From assembly GCA_050948785.1 (NCBI GenBank), contig JBMNEM010000006.1, positions 164,722 to 228,721 on the forward strand: a stretch of DNA of 64,000 bases, written 5' to 3'. Origin of the DNA: Dethiobacteria bacterium. GTDB lineage: Bacteria > Bacillota > Dethiobacteria > DTU022 > UBA8154. A model generated the notes under the pieces. It did not search any database, had not been told where the DNA came from, and saw only the letters and a program-made list of their open reading frames with translations. Below, in pieces: positions 38,430 to 48,751 of the stretch. Numbering within the stretch: position 1 is the first letter of the stretch; each line of letters opens with the position of its first letter. The translations under genes were made by a program, and so were the position numbers.

Positions 38430-39395
38430 TTAAACCTGGAGCAAAAATTGCTCTAAAAGAGCGAGCATGCCCCTTATCCCGGCCTCTTCCCCCAAAACCG
38501 CCGGAACCACCTCCACCATTTCCCCCGCCGGTTGGATCGACGCTTCTTTTAAATGATGGCGCACCGGGCTAAAAATAATTTCCCCCGCACGGGCCATCCC
38601 GCCGCCTATCGTGATCACCTCCGGATTTAACAGATTGACCACAGCAGCAAGTGCACGCCCCAGATAACAAGCAGCGTTTTCAACAATCCTGGCCGCCTCC
38701 GCATCGCCGTCTTTAGCCGCCTCAAAAACATGATAGGCCGTAAGCTCTTCATCTTCCTCCATTATTTTCTGCAGGGTTGTCCGGTGCCCCCTGGCGATGA
38801 GGGCACGGCCTTCGCGGGCAATGGCGCTCCCCGAAGCAAGGCTTTCCAGGCACCCGCGCCGCCCGCAGCCGCAGGGCGGCCCCCCGAACAAGACCGGAAG
38901 ATGACCTATCTCCCCGGCAAAACCGCCGCTTCCCCGGTAGATTTCACCCTCAATAATTATGCCCCCGCCGATACCCGTTCCCAGGGTAATGTTCACCATG
39001 TTCCGTTTCCCTTTTCCGGCACCAAAAACAAATTCGCCATAAGCCGCAGCATTGGCATCGTTTTCAACCAGAACCGGTAAATTTAATTTTTCTTTTAATT
39101 TTTCCTCCAGAGGAAAACCTTCCCAACCGGGAAGATTTGGCGAGCTGATCATCGTTCTGGAATAAAAATCGAAAAACCCCGCCGCACAAACCCCGATCCC
39201 GGCCAGTTTATCCCGGGAAATCATTCCCTGACCGAGAACCTCCTCCAGGCCGGCGAGCAGGTTACGCCAAACATTGTCCCGGCCTTCCGCCGCTCTCGTA
39301 GGAAATTTCTGCAGTTTGAAGATTTTTCCTCCTTTTTCGGCCAGGGCAACCTGTATATTGGTTCCTCCCAAGTCCACACTCAGCAGGTATTTCAT
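38430..39395 (-). CDS. ROK-family sugar kinase (glucokinase-like)
   Basis: DLGGT, ENDANAAA.GE, GTGIGGG, GEIGH, CGCG..GCLE. Confidence 0.92.
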   Translation of the reverse strand: MKYLLSVDLGGTNIQVALAEKGGKIFKLQKFPTRAAEGRDNVWRNLLAGLEEVLGQGMISRDKLAGIGVCAAGFFDFYSRTMISSPNLPGWEGFPLEEKLKEKLNLPVLVENDANAAAYGEFVFGAGKGKRNMVNITLGTGIGGGIIIEGEIYRGSGGFAGEIGHLPVLFGGPPCGCGRRGCLESLASGSAIAREGRALIARGHRTTLQKIMEEDEELTAYHVFEAAKDGDAEAARIVENAACYLGRALAAVVNLLNPEVITIGGGMARAGEIIFSPVRHHLKEASIQPAGEMVEVVPAVLGEEAGIRGMLALLEQFLLQV

Positions 39396-39404
39396 TTCAC
39401 CATT

Positions 39405-40160
39405 TTACCCCTCATCACATATTTCTTTCCAGATAGGAGACATCATTTTTTTTACTTCCTTAAAAAAATCTTCGATATCCGGGACAACCAGTCTTTTACC
39501 TCTTTGAATAATTTCCTGGCATTTGGGCAGGTCGATGGAGGCAATATTATAACTATAAAAAACTTGCCTTTGGTAACGTAAAGCCATGAGCCGGACATCT
39601 AACGGTTCCTCTGCAGCGAACTGCCTAAAAGTAGCGAAAGCTTTTTGCAAAGAAAGATCACTTTTATTCAAAATCGGAGAAAGTTTACTGATCAGCTGCC
39701 GGACAAGCTCAGTATTGGCATGGGCCTTCCGGAGTAAATCAAGTAGTTCCGGCTGTTTTTCATAAACATAAAGCTCAATACCCATCTCTACAAAGTTATG
39801 TGCTTTCCACCAGCCATCATCGGCAGGAAGATAACAGGCATCCACAACACTGTTGACCAGCGGCCTTGCTTTTTCAAAACAATATCCTCTTTCAAAATCC
39901 TTGTATTTTTTATCACTATAATAATCCAAACCTTTTGGTTCTATACCGTGACTGATCACACCCAGTGAAAAATTTAGTAAATCCTTGTTTTCCCCCTGAA
40001 AGTACTGCCAGAATTCCCGTCCCCTGGTGTGGCTCCGGTTCCAGTCCAGGCCGGTAATAACAATTATATCAGGGAAAACACTGCCCAAAACCGTAGCGTC
40101 ATCCAGAAAACCCAGGACTTTACGGGCAAAATAAAGATGTGTTAAGGGATACATCTGCAC
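39405..40160 (-). CDS. Hypothetical protein, possibly Zn-dependent phospholipase C-like fold
   Basis: N-terminal TH, LGSVFPD, G..SH...D, H..VE...E pattern; fold call is tentative. Confidence 0.65.
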   Translation of the reverse strand: MQMYPLTHLYFARKVLGFLDDATVLGSVFPDIIVITGLDWNRSHTRGREFWQYFQGENKDLLNFSLGVISHGIEPKGLDYYSDKKYKDFERGYCFEKARPLVNSVVDACYLPADDGWWKAHNFVEMGIELYVYEKQPELLDLLRKAHANTELVRQLISKLSPILNKSDLSLQKAFATFRQFAAEEPLDVRLMALRYQRQVFYSYNIASIDLPKCQEIIQRGKRLVVPDIEDFFKEVKKMMSPIWKEICDEG

Positions 40161-40206
40161 ACCTGCTTATTTTCGTAAAAAATTAACACGTTTTTACAGT
40201 AATAAT

Positions 40207-40236
40207 TTGACACCAAACTAAGGGTTCATGTATAAT
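40207..40236 (+). promoter_or_regulatory. sigma-A promoter with no downstream + strand CDS
   Basis: TTGACA-N18-TATAAT. Confidence 0.7.
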
Positions 40237-40242
40237 CTACAC

Positions 40243-40357
40243 TTAAACAGCCCATATTATTAAGGCAGCCGAGAACCGTAAATCTCCTGCGCAAAGTAGG
40301 GTATAGCCTTCTTTGAAGGTTAGAATTTACACATTTTCTCGGCTGCGTATTTTTTTA
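40243..40357 (+). ncRNA. Candidate structured small RNA
   Basis: Consensus promoter, 11-bp stem 40265-40275/40336-40346 enclosing a branched fold, T-run. Confidence 0.5.
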
Positions 40358-40405
40358 TTTGGTTTCCTTGTAAGATAATGATTAATAAAATCATTATTTC
40401 TTCGT

Positions 40406-41878
40406 TTATTCCTTAGGCCTCATGGTGGGAAAAAGAATGACATCCCTGATCGAGGGAGAATCGGTGAGGATCATAATCACTCTATCTATGCCGATGCCCA
40501 GTCCTCCCGTCGGAGGCATACCGTATTCCAACGCCGTAAGAAAATCTTCATCCATCATGTGCGCTTCTTCATTCCCGGCAGCCCTCTTTTTCACCTGCTG
40601 TTCAAAACGTTCCCGTTGATCCAGGGGATCATTTAACTCCGTAAAAGAGTTCGCAATTTCTTTCCCGGCAACAAACGTTTCAAAGCGATCGGTAAAATTG
40701 GGATTATGCAAACTGCGCTTGGCCAGCGGTGAAACCTCTACCGGGTAATCCTTGACAAAAAGAGGGCCCCAGAGCTTTTTCTCACAAAACTCTTCAAAAA
40801 AAACAAAAAGAATTTCTCCCTTTTTTTCATCCCCTTCAATCTCCAGGCCGTGCTCCAAGGCAATTTTCCTAGCCGCAGCATCATCAGGCACCCTGGCAAA
40901 ATCTACACCGGTAATTTCATCCACCAACTGCAATAGAGATTTACGGGGCCAGGGGGGAGTTAAATCCATCTCCCGGTCCTGGTAACTTATTTTCCGGGTG
41001 CCCAGAACCTTTTCCGCCGCTGCCGCGATGAGCTCTTCGGTAAGAACCATCATATCTTCATAGTCGGCATTGGTCTGGTAGATCTCCACAGAAGTGAACT
41101 CGGGATTATGATTGGTAGAAATCCCCTCATTTCTAAAAATACGCCCGATCTCAAAAACCTTCTCCATCCCCCCGACAACCAGCCTTTTGAGGTGCAGCTC
41201 CGTCGCAATACGAAGATAAAGATCAAGATCAAGTGTATTATGAAAAGTAACAAAGGGACGGGCATTTGCCCCTCCGGCCACAGTATGCATGACCGGAGTT
41301 TCAACTTCCAAAAAACCTCTTGACGTGAGAAAATCCCGCATGGCCTGTATGATTTTACTGCGGGCTATAAAAGTACGCAGAACTTCCGGATTGACAATGA
41401 GATCGAGATACCGCTGGCGATAACGCAAATCAACATCCTTTAAACCGTGCCATTTTTCCGGCAAAGGCCGGAGCGCTTTGGCTAAAATTTTAAAGGAGGA
41501 GATATTGATCGTTACTTCCCCGGTTCGGGTTTTAAAAACTTCCCCCGTTACACCAAGGATATCCCCAATATCCAAATCCTGATACAGGAGATAATTTTCC
41601 TTACCGACCCTGTCCTCCCGGACATATACCTGCACTCTTCCTGCCCCGTCCTGGATGTGGGCAAAACCGGCCTTGCCATGTCCCCTTCTGGTCATGATCC
41701 TTCCGGAGATACTGACCGTCTCACCCTCCAAGTCGTCAAACCCCTCTACAATCTCTGCAGAACTATGCGTAACAGCATATTTTTCCCCATAGGGTTCTAT
41801 ACCCTGCTCCCTTAAACTCTCCAATTTCTTGTACCGAAATAAAACCTGATCGCTTTGACGATCTCCAGACCCAGACAT
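40406..41878 (-). CDS. lysS: Lysyl-tRNA synthetase class II
   Basis: [33 protein letters not shown]...[19 protein letters not shown]. Confidence 0.98.
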   Translation of the reverse strand: MSGSGDRQSDQVLFRYKKLESLREQGIEPYGEKYAVTHSSAEIVEGFDDLEGETVSISGRIMTRRGHGKAGFAHIQDGAGRVQVYVREDRVGKENYLLYQDLDIGDILGVTGEVFKTRTGEVTINISSFKILAKALRPLPEKWHGLKDVDLRYRQRYLDLIVNPEVLRTFIARSKIIQAMRDFLTSRGFLEVETPVMHTVAGGANARPFVTFHNTLDLDLYLRIATELHLKRLVVGGMEKVFEIGRIFRNEGISTNHNPEFTSVEIYQTNADYEDMMVLTEELIAAAAEKVLGTRKISYQDREMDLTPPWPRKSLLQLVDEITGVDFARVPDDAAARKIALEHGLEIEGDEKKGEILFVFFEEFCEKKLWGPLFVKDYPVEVSPLAKRSLHNPNFTDRFETFVAGKEIANSFTELNDPLDQRERFEQQVKKRAAGNEEAHMMDEDFLTALEYGMPPTGGLGIGIDRVIMILTDSPSIRDVILFPTMRPKE

Positions 41879-41901
41879 AGAGTATATAAACCCCCGTGCA
41901 A

Positions 41902-42375
41902 TTATTTTATTTCCAGTATCTTATATTTGATCATCCCCGCCGGGGTCTTAACCTCCACTGTCGCCCCGACAGGCTTGCCGAAAATGGATTGCCCCACCGG
42001 CGATTCATTGGAAATCTTATTATTGAACGGATCGGACTCGGCTGAACCTACAATTGTAAACTCCAGTTCTTCATCATTTTCAAAGTCTTTCAAAAGAACC
42101 CTGGAACCGAAGCCGACCTCTTCTTTACTAATTTCATCACTACCAATAAGACGGGCATTGCGAAGCATTTTTTCCAGTGTAATAATCCTTCCTTCCAAAA
42201 AAGCTTGTTCATTCTTGGCATCTTCATATTCTGAATTATCACTGAGGTCCCCGAAGGAGATCGCTGTTTTAATACGGTGGGCGACCTCCCGCCTTTTTAC
42301 TGACTTAAGATAAGCAAGCTCTTCCTCCAGCTTTTTTAATCCATCCTGGGTAAGGACCACCTCTTTGGGTGACAT
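41902..42375 (-). CDS. greA: Transcription elongation factor GreA
   Basis: [19 protein letters not shown]. Confidence 0.96.
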   Translation of the reverse strand: MSPKEVVLTQDGLKKLEEELAYLKSVKRREVAHRIKTAISFGDLSDNSEYEDAKNEQAFLEGRIITLEKMLRNARLIGSDEISKEEVGFGSRVLLKDFENDEELEFTIVGSAESDPFNNKISNESPVGQSIFGKPVGATVEVKTPAGMIKYKILEIK

Positions 42376-42666
42376 TGTTCTCTCTCCTTTAATTTTTAAT
42401 GAGGAACGGATCGCGGATCATAGAGGAAATTATATGTCTTTTTTTAAATAAATATTCCTTTAAAAGCTGGTCTTGTTTTCCAATTAAGTAAGAATAAGTG
42501 CCAAGTCCTGCTTGACACTTACCGAAAAAATACATTTAGCCCTAAAAAACCAAATAAATTCTAATTTTAATTTATTATAGGCTTATATTATTAATTTGTC
42601 AATAAAAATGGACTCTCCTTTTTAGCTCAAATAAAACCCGTTTCATCCTTCAGCATTATTCCTTCT

Positions 42667-43773
42667 TTATAAACTTTTTAAGCGTGCTTTTTCCCTGATA
42701 TTTTGAATCGTTTCCATTTCGACGGGGCGTTCAAAACTACGGAAACCGGCCAGTTTAAAACCATGTTTGGCAGCCAGGGCACTGATCTCATCAATCCGGG
42801 AAACATGCAATTCACGGCCCAGGGAAAAATTTTCAAAACGCTTCTCCAAAGCTAGAATCATTGTTTCTGCCATACAGGCATAAGCCGTTTTAGGCGGAAA
42901 ACCAAAGTTAAAGTTAAAATTTACATCTCCCGGAACTTCGACGATACCCCCCTCAATAACCAAAACATCATCCCTTTTTTGCGCCACTCTGGCAGAAACA
43001 TCCCGGGGCCGGGCCACATCACAGACAACAGCCCCCGGTTTGAGATCCTCCGGATCAATGATACTGTCAGCGGCGCTGGATACAGCAATGACGATATCCG
43101 CTTTTCTTACCGCCTCTTTTACATTGGCGGTAACCTTCACCGCCAGGCCGGTATCCTTCAAGATACCCTCTGCCAAATTTTCCAAGCGCGGTATATTGCG
43201 GGCAATCAAGGTCAAATAATTGGCTTTCCTGGCTAAAATACGGGCACAGGCACTGCCGATTGATCCACTGGCCCCCAGAACAGCAACTTCAGCCCGCTCA
43301 ATATCTATACCCATCAGTTCTGCCGCTTTTTGGGTTCCCTCCAAAGCAGTGGCAACAGTATAGCTATTCCCGGTAGTGACGGCAATATTCAAGTTTTGGG
43401 CCACAGTTATACCGGCATCTCCGATCACGGCAGTCATCGCCCCGAGCCCGATAATTTTTGCCCCCGCCTGCGCCGCCTTTTTACCGGCAGCAATAATTTT
43501 GCGCAAAGACACCTCCTGCGGCAGCCGGAGCATTTGTTCCGAGGTAAGAGTAACACCGATAAAGCACCCTTCGATGCTGTTATAGGGTGAGGAAATACCC
43601 GAAACATAGGAAGCTACTACCGGAGGGAAAAACGAAGCAGCGGCCCTGGTCAAAGATTGTGGCAGGCTCCGCATAAATTTAAACTTTTTAAAAAAATCAT
43701 CCATGGTCAAAGGATGCACGATAAAGGCAAATTCAATCTGTTTCATCAATTTTGCTGTATATAATACCAGCAA
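42667..43773 (-). CDS. Acyl-ACP-reductase-like NAD(P)-binding oxidoreductase
   Basis: FAFIVHP, GLGA, TTGNSYT, VAVLGASGSIG, DVARP, YACMAETM. Confidence 0.75.
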   Translation of the reverse strand: MLVLYTAKLMKQIEFAFIVHPLTMDDFFKKFKFMRSLPQSLTRAAASFFPPVVASYVSGISSPYNSIEGCFIGVTLTSEQMLRLPQEVSLRKIIAAGKKAAQAGAKIIGLGAMTAVIGDAGITVAQNLNIAVTTGNSYTVATALEGTQKAAELMGIDIERAEVAVLGASGSIGSACARILARKANYLTLIARNIPRLENLAEGILKDTGLAVKVTANVKEAVRKADIVIAVSSAADSIIDPEDLKPGAVVCDVARPRDVSARVAQKRDDVLVIEGGIVEVPGDVNFNFNFGFPPKTAYACMAETMILALEKRFENFSLGRELHVSRIDEISALAAKHGFKLAGFRSFERPVEMETIQNIREKARLKSL

Positions 43774-43805
43774 CCTCCTTTGAAGCTAAAATTTACTTAC
43801 TCCAG

Positions 43806-44702
43806 TTATAGCGACACCAGCCGCGGTTTAAAATCAAGTTCCCGCAGTAAAAACTCGTATTCTGCAGGCTTTAATTCTGCCTTACTACCGGTATATGCGA
43901 CCAGGAGGGCTTCCATTACATTGGTCCCGAAAGAACGGCCTTCTATTTCCGGAGTAGTGGTAATCAGCATTTTTACCCCTTTCTCACGCAGCATCTCGAG
44001 ATCGTCAAGGGTTACCGTATTCGTAATAATAATCTTTGCGGGCAATTCAGCAGGCATATAACGCCGGATAAAATGAAAATCACCGGCGATAATATCCGCT
44101 TCCTGGAAAAAACGTGTATGGCGCGGCCTGGTGTTCTCCTGCTTGTTCCCCGTGGGATAAATCATTGTAAAGGGCAACAAACGAATAATGGGGACAGCCA
44201 GGCGGGCGATCAAAGCCAGGGAATGCAGCGATTTCAGTGGAACAGGCAGGTTGAGAACAAAAACAAGATCTCCGTAGCGCATTTCACATCCGGCTTCTTC
44301 CAGTGCCTGGGATAAACCAAAACGATCCATCGCACTGACAACAAGGACTTTTTTCTTCTCCGTAAAAATACCCGTTTCTTTTTTTAAATACTCCACAACA
44401 CGTCTTTCCAAAGTGTTTTTCAGCCCCGAACCATCAACCAGCGGGGTACGCTGGGCCGCCCTGGCGACCTTCAGGGCATCGCGGATCGTATAGCGACGAT
44501 CCACAGCCTGGATATAAAGATCCATGCCCCCCAACCCGAATGCATCAACTTTCCCATCATTTTCGCGGATAAATTGAATCATTTTTCCCAGATCCCCGTC
44601 AGTACCGATCCGCTTAACCTGGAAGGATCGCCCCATCAGCTTTACTTCAGCAGAATGATTTCTTGTTGATGAGCCCAAACTGATACTGACAACTTGTTTC
44701 AA
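43806..44702 (-). CDS. Conserved uncharacterised protein (often labelled quinate 5-dehydrogenase)
   Basis: VVSISLGSS.R, RIGTDG, DGSGLKNTLER, DRFG, GRSFGTNVMEA; label recalled, function unverified. Confidence 0.7.
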   Translation of the reverse strand: MKQVVSISLGSSTRNHSAEVKLMGRSFQVKRIGTDGDLGKMIQFIRENDGKVDAFGLGGMDLYIQAVDRRYTIRDALKVARAAQRTPLVDGSGLKNTLERRVVEYLKKETGIFTEKKKVLVVSAMDRFGLSQALEEAGCEMRYGDLVFVLNLPVPLKSLHSLALIARLAVPIIRLLPFTMIYPTGNKQENTRPRHTRFFQEADIIAGDFHFIRRYMPAELPAKIIITNTVTLDDLEMLREKGVKMLITTTPEIEGRSFGTNVMEALLVAYTGSKAELKPAEYEFLLRELDFKPRLVSL

Positions 44703-44725
44703 TGTCCCTCACCCTTCCCTGACGG

Positions 44726-45268
44726 CTAGTTTTCCTGGCCGAGAGTGACTTTACTTATAATTTCCCGGAACATGTCCGGATTTAATAAACAATCTTCTTT
44801 AATCGGAGACGGACCCAGTTCAATAAAAACAATCTCATTGCTGAAAAAAGCCTCCGCAATCTTTAACCAGCGGCGTGAACTGATCAGAACAACAAGGTCG
44901 TAAGCCTGTAATTTGGCGATAAGCTCCATGGCCTCATTAAAAAAATCCAGTGCACTCTTATCTTGGACCAGATTCCACCTCTCCTCCTCATTCACCACAT
45001 AAATAAAATCTACCCCCAGCGCTGCAGAAATCTTTTTAATTTCATCCTTGTTTTTTATGGGAAAACCAAAAACAGCGATTTTCTTCCCTTTACGGATTTC
45101 ACCGATACTTTCGAGGCGGGAAATAAAAGTCCGGTCAAGGCCTAATAAATTGGCAACCTCTTGCTGCGACAAGCCCGTGGAGCGCAGCTGAAGAATCTTG
45201 CGGACACTCTCCTCAATTTTAGGCATACTGATGATTTTTTCACCAATGCGCATGAGCTCATCCGGCAA
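44726..45268 (-). CDS. HTH transcriptional regulator
   Basis: GLSQQEVA..LG.DRTFISRLE..GE. Confidence 0.8.
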   Translation of the reverse strand: MPDELMRIGEKIISMPKIEESVRKILQLRSTGLSQQEVANLLGLDRTFISRLESIGEIRKGKKIAVFGFPIKNKDEIKKISAALGVDFIYVVNEEERWNLVQDKSALDFFNEAMELIAKLQAYDLVVLISSRRWLKIAEAFFSNEIVFIELGPSPIKEDCLLNPDMFREIISKVTLGQEN

Positions 45269-45591
45269 AACAGCTCATCCTCTCTTTTGGGGTTGTGCAC
45301 AGCCTTGTGAACATTGTTATTCTAACAAAGAAATTCAAAAAAAACAAGACAAATTTTCACCAATTGGAAAATAGTACCCCCAAAAGATGTTGTAATGATT
45401 CCAAAAAAGAAAACCGGCCGCAGCAACCATGCTGTTAGCCGGTAATCACCTAAATTTAGCAGAAAATTTTAATTAACCGTGGAAAATGTAATACCCCTCG
45501 GGAACAGTAGACTCTTTGGAAATTTATGATCGAAATCCTGAGCAAGGTAAAGAGTTAATCCGCTGACTCCAGGAACAAAAGGAAGGTACTA

Positions 45592-45828
45592 CTATAGCAA
45601 AGAATGCTTTTTGAGGCTTTCGGAAACCCCAAAAAACTCTTCTCTGGGAACATTCAATGCAGCAGCCATTTTTTCCAGCAGTTCTGGATTCGGCTCTTTT
45701 ACGCCTCGCTCAATATTACTAAGCTGACTGGCAGAAAGATTAATTTGTTGGGCTAATTGCTGCTGAGTTACCCTTTTTAGCCTGCGCAAAGCGCGAATAC
45801 GTCTACCCAGCGCATTTTTAACCGTCAT
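45592..45828 (-). CDS. XRE-family HTH regulator
   Basis: IR.LR....TQ.QLA......S.LS.IERG...P. Confidence 0.85.
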   Translation of the reverse strand: MTVKNALGRRIRALRRLKRVTQQQLAQQINLSASQLSNIERGVKEPNPELLEKMAAALNVPREEFFGVSESLKKHSLL

Positions 45829-46158
45829 CCCAAATCACCCCATTTATGAGCCTAACCAGAATATTCGACATAAAAAGGGAGATTCCTGCACAAATCGCTT
45901 TAAATCTCTATTTTCAGGTGTAAATTCGGGTAACAATAAGGAGAAACGATAAAGTTCATTTGTTCATGCCATATGATAAGCATAAGCGTTCGAGCATAAG
46001 CATTCGCCGATTCGTGCTTGTATTAGCCATAGAGCGGCGCTCGGTTAACAGAGCTCCTGTCTTTATTAGATGGTTTTTTAATGGCGTTAAGAAATAAAAA
46101 GCTGTCCCAAGTTGTATTCCCTTTTAAGTTATGGTATAATTTTAAATGTACAATATAT

Positions 46159-46235
46159 CGGGGCGTAGCGCAGTTTGGCAGCGCGCTTGGTTCGGGACCA
46201 AGAGGCCGCGGGTTCAAATCCCGCCGCTCCGACCA
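46159..46235 (+). tRNA. tRNA-Pro(CGG)
   Basis: Anticodon arm CTTGG-TTCGGGA-CCAAG, GTTCAAATC T-loop, encoded CCA; upstream TG-N-TATAAT. Confidence 0.97.
46191..46235 (+). repeat. attL core (3' part of tRNA-Pro)
   Basis: TTCGGGACCAAGAGGCCGCGGGTTCAAATCCCGCCGCTCCGACCA, identical at 55347-55391. Confidence 0.95.
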
Positions 46236-46295
46236 CGATTATACCGGGGTTCGTGAGAATTCCAGTTGACATAATAAACCGCCAAAATAGCCTTA

Positions 46296-46316
46296 GTACA
46301 CACTTCGTACACACTA
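46296..46316 (+). repeat. Candidate integrase arm-type sites
   Basis: GTACACACTTCGTACACACTA, identical at 55210-55230. Confidence 0.7.
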
Positions 46317-46372
46317 AATAAAAAACCTGGGGAAGCTACACACTTTCCCAGGTTTTATAACCCTCAAAAGGG

Positions 46373-47551
46373 TTATTGCCCCATAAGGGAAGCAAGCAGG
46401 TCGCCAACCTTGTCAGCTGCTTCCCTTTTCATTTTAGCCGTAACGCTGCTGTAAACGTCCATCGTAAAGGCAGAAGAATGATGTCCTAAAGTCTCCTGAA
46501 TAGTTTTCACGTTAACGCCTTGCTCCAGGGCAATGGTAGCGAATGTGTGTCTAAGGCCGTGAAACGTAACGTCAAGGCCAACCTTCTTAATCAGCCGTTC
46601 AAATACCCTGGTAAAGGCTCTCGGGCAAATAGGCTCCCCCAACTCATTAGCAAAAACAAGGTCCAGATCGCTATTATATGCACCACCGGCCATAAGCCTG
46701 TTCTCATTCTGCTGCTTTTTGTGTTCCTTCAACACTTGCACCGCCGCCGGGGGAAGGCTAATCACCCTGTTTGACAGCTTCGTCTTTGGCTCCTGAAATA
46801 CCAGTCCTTTACCGCTTATCCTTACCAGTCCTTGGTTAACGGTTAACTGCTTAACAATAAAGTCAATGTCCTTCCATCGCAAACCTAAAAGCTCCCCACG
46901 CCTCATGCCGGTATTCAGGGCCAGGTAGAAGGCCGCAAAATGTTTCGATTCTTTAGCTGTGGCTAGGAATGTCGCCACTTCTGTCGTATCTAAATATTTA
47001 ATCTCCTTCTGCTCCAGCTTGGGAAGCCTGACAGCGTCCGAAGGGTTTATCATTATCATTCCTTCCTTCTTGGCTTGCTCTAAGGCCGAATGAATAACGG
47101 TATGGATGTATCTAACACTTTTAGGAGACAAGCCGCCTTCCTTACCGTCCAGCCGTCCACTATTCAGCTTGTCATTATAAAGCCTCTGAATATGCGCTGT
47201 TTGCAACTGGGCCAGCTTTAAATGCCCCAGGGCCGGTATGATATGGCCTTCTACCTGATAGCGGTAACTTTCCCATGTAGTAGGCCGCAGGGATAATTTC
47301 ATGTAGTCGTTAAGCCAGGTCGTAAACCATTCAGCAACGGTCAGCTTGGAAGGCTCCCGGTATGTTCCGGTCTGTACTTCAACGGTCGCCCCGTTTACCT
47401 TCTCCTGCACCTCCTTCCGCGTCCTGCCATAAAAGTATTTTCGCTTTGGCTTACCGGTCTCAAGGTCGTAACCAACCAAAACGCTGCCCTGCCAACGGCC
47501 ATCCTTGCGCTTTGTTATACTCCCTTCGCCGCTGCCCCGCCGCTTGGCCAT
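46373..47551 (-). CDS. Tyrosine integrase
   Basis: MAKRRGSGEGSI N-terminal arm domain, TGMRRGELLGL, PKT, FHGLRHTFAT, LGH...T...Y. Confidence 0.96.
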   Translation of the reverse strand: MAKRRGSGEGSITKRKDGRWQGSVLVGYDLETGKPKRKYFYGRTRKEVQEKVNGATVEVQTGTYREPSKLTVAEWFTTWLNDYMKLSLRPTTWESYRYQVEGHIIPALGHLKLAQLQTAHIQRLYNDKLNSGRLDGKEGGLSPKSVRYIHTVIHSALEQAKKEGMIMINPSDAVRLPKLEQKEIKYLDTTEVATFLATAKESKHFAAFYLALNTGMRRGELLGLRWKDIDFIVKQLTVNQGLVRISGKGLVFQEPKTKLSNRVISLPPAAVQVLKEHKKQQNENRLMAGGAYNSDLDLVFANELGEPICPRAFTRVFERLIKKVGLDVTFHGLRHTFATIALEQGVNVKTIQETLGHHSSAFTMDVYSSVTAKMKREAADKVGDLLASLMGQ

Positions 47552-47576
47552 TCGCTTAATCTCCCTTCGTGTTTTT

Positions 47577-47750
47577 TTACAGGATAAAGCCGCCAATTTT
47601 ATCCCCCATAGTGCAAACACGGGCCAATAGCTTGGCCGCCACTTCTTCCCTTGTTAGCCTGTCCTCCAGTAAGTCCAGCGCTATGTCGTTTAAAAACAAC
47701 TGATCCTCTGTAATACGCATCATTTCCAACGCCTTGCCTTTGAGTTTCAT
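47577..47750 (-). CDS. Hypothetical protein (57 aa, not in ORF track)
   Basis: MKLKGKALEMMRITEDQLFLNDIALDLLEDRL...; GGGAGG RBS; directly upstream of integrase. Confidence 0.6.
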   Translation of the reverse strand: MKLKGKALEMMRITEDQLFLNDIALDLLEDRLTREEVAAKLLARVCTMGDKIGGFIL

Positions 47751-47890
47751 TTTTTTACAACCTCCCTTTTGTGTTGCCCTTAATACTCCCTAACTATCCT
47801 TAGTTTATCATAGGTAGGCTATAAAGTCAACAATAATCCTTGTAATTTATTATAAACTATGGTAGAATAACAGAAAAGGGGGAGTGCATC

Positions 47891-48052
47891 ATGGAAAAAC
47901 ATTATACGCCCGAAGAAATAGCGAATAACTTACAAGTACATTTAAAAACGGTTTATAATTGGATTAAAAACGGTAACCTTAAAGCCGTTAAGATCGGCCA
48001 CTTTTGGCGAATCTCCGAAACAGAATTAAACCGCCTTCTAAAAGGTAGGTAA
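47891..48052 (+). CDS. Excisionase/MerR-like HTH protein (53 aa, not in ORF track)
   Basis: YTPEEIA..LQV..KTVYNWIK.G.L.A.KIG..WRI; GGGGGAG RBS; upstream TG-N-TAGAAT. Confidence 0.8.
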   Translation: MEKHYTPEEIANNLQVHLKTVYNWIKNGNLKAVKIGHFWRISETELNRLLKGR

Positions 48053-48064
48053 TGCTTTACCTTT

Positions 48065-48313
48065 TTAACGCAGGTACCAGGGGGTAGGCTTTGGCCGCTT
48101 TTTAGCGTATTTTTTGCGCCCCCCGCCGCTGCTGCCGGGTTTCGTCAAACTCTTTTTATACGCCTGTTCATCCTTCCAGATGTCGAAGTCCTGATCCCCC
48201 GGCCAAACCTCGCCGCAGTCGTTAATGCAAATATAGTGCCTGTCAATTCCCACGCCCTCCAGGATCATCATTTCACCGCAAAAGGGGCATTTAATCAGTA
48301 AGTCTTTTGTCAT
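48065..48313 (-). CDS. Zinc-ribbon protein with basic tail
   Basis: CPFCG...CINDCGEVWP; paralogous to the N-terminus of 54082-54453. Confidence 0.7.
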   Translation of the reverse strand: MTKDLLIKCPFCGEMMILEGVGIDRHYICINDCGEVWPGDQDFDIWKDEQAYKKSLTKPGSSGGGRKKYAKKRPKPTPWYLR

Positions 48314-48430
48314 GCGCTTCCCGCCTTCCTTATGTTATAATAAAGAAGGCAGGGGAAGGGGAATGCCTCACCCCTCCCCCGGTCGCCCACGGTCTCAACC
48401 CTTCGGCACTTTTGAAAAGTGTCTTTTTCT

Positions 48431-48610
48431 TTATTTGCAGAAACATTCACCGCAGTAAGGGCATACTATCCCGCCGCACCGCTTACAAACCTTGTCGTCA
48501 TAGCTGTTCAATTCTTCGCCACATTCCCGGCAATGAGTTTCCCAGTAACGATTCCCCCGTAGCACCCACTGCTTGACTGCCTCGCCCCTTGACATCGCCG
48601 CAATACGCAT
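48431..48610 (-). CDS. Cys-rich small protein (59 aa, not in ORF track)
   Basis: ...THCRECGEELNSYDDKVCKRCGGIVCPYCGECFCK; GGAGGTG RBS. Confidence 0.7.
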   Translation of the reverse strand: MRIAAMSRGEAVKQWVLRGNRYWETHCRECGEELNSYDDKVCKRCGGIVCPYCGECFCK

Positions 48611-48751
48611 TGTTTTTCACCTCCAATTCTCATTCCTTCCATTTATCCGACGCTTAAATTCGCCCTTTTTAGCGGCTTTAAGCAGGAGGCGAAGGGCTTG
48701 CCTATTCGTTCCTGCCTAAAACCGCCGTAGGCCGTCCTAGTGGCCTTAGAA

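Noticed and set aside
45490-45590. Possible 6S-like rod downstream of the XRE gene
   Set aside because: Only short stems (ACTCTTT/AAAGAGT); too short and imperfect to call
45979-46004. GCATAAGCRTTCG twice
   Set aside because: Could be an operator, but two short copies are not enough evidence
46023-46314. Short ORFs over tRNA-Pro, and 55228-55431 over attR
   Set aside because: Translations of tRNA sequence
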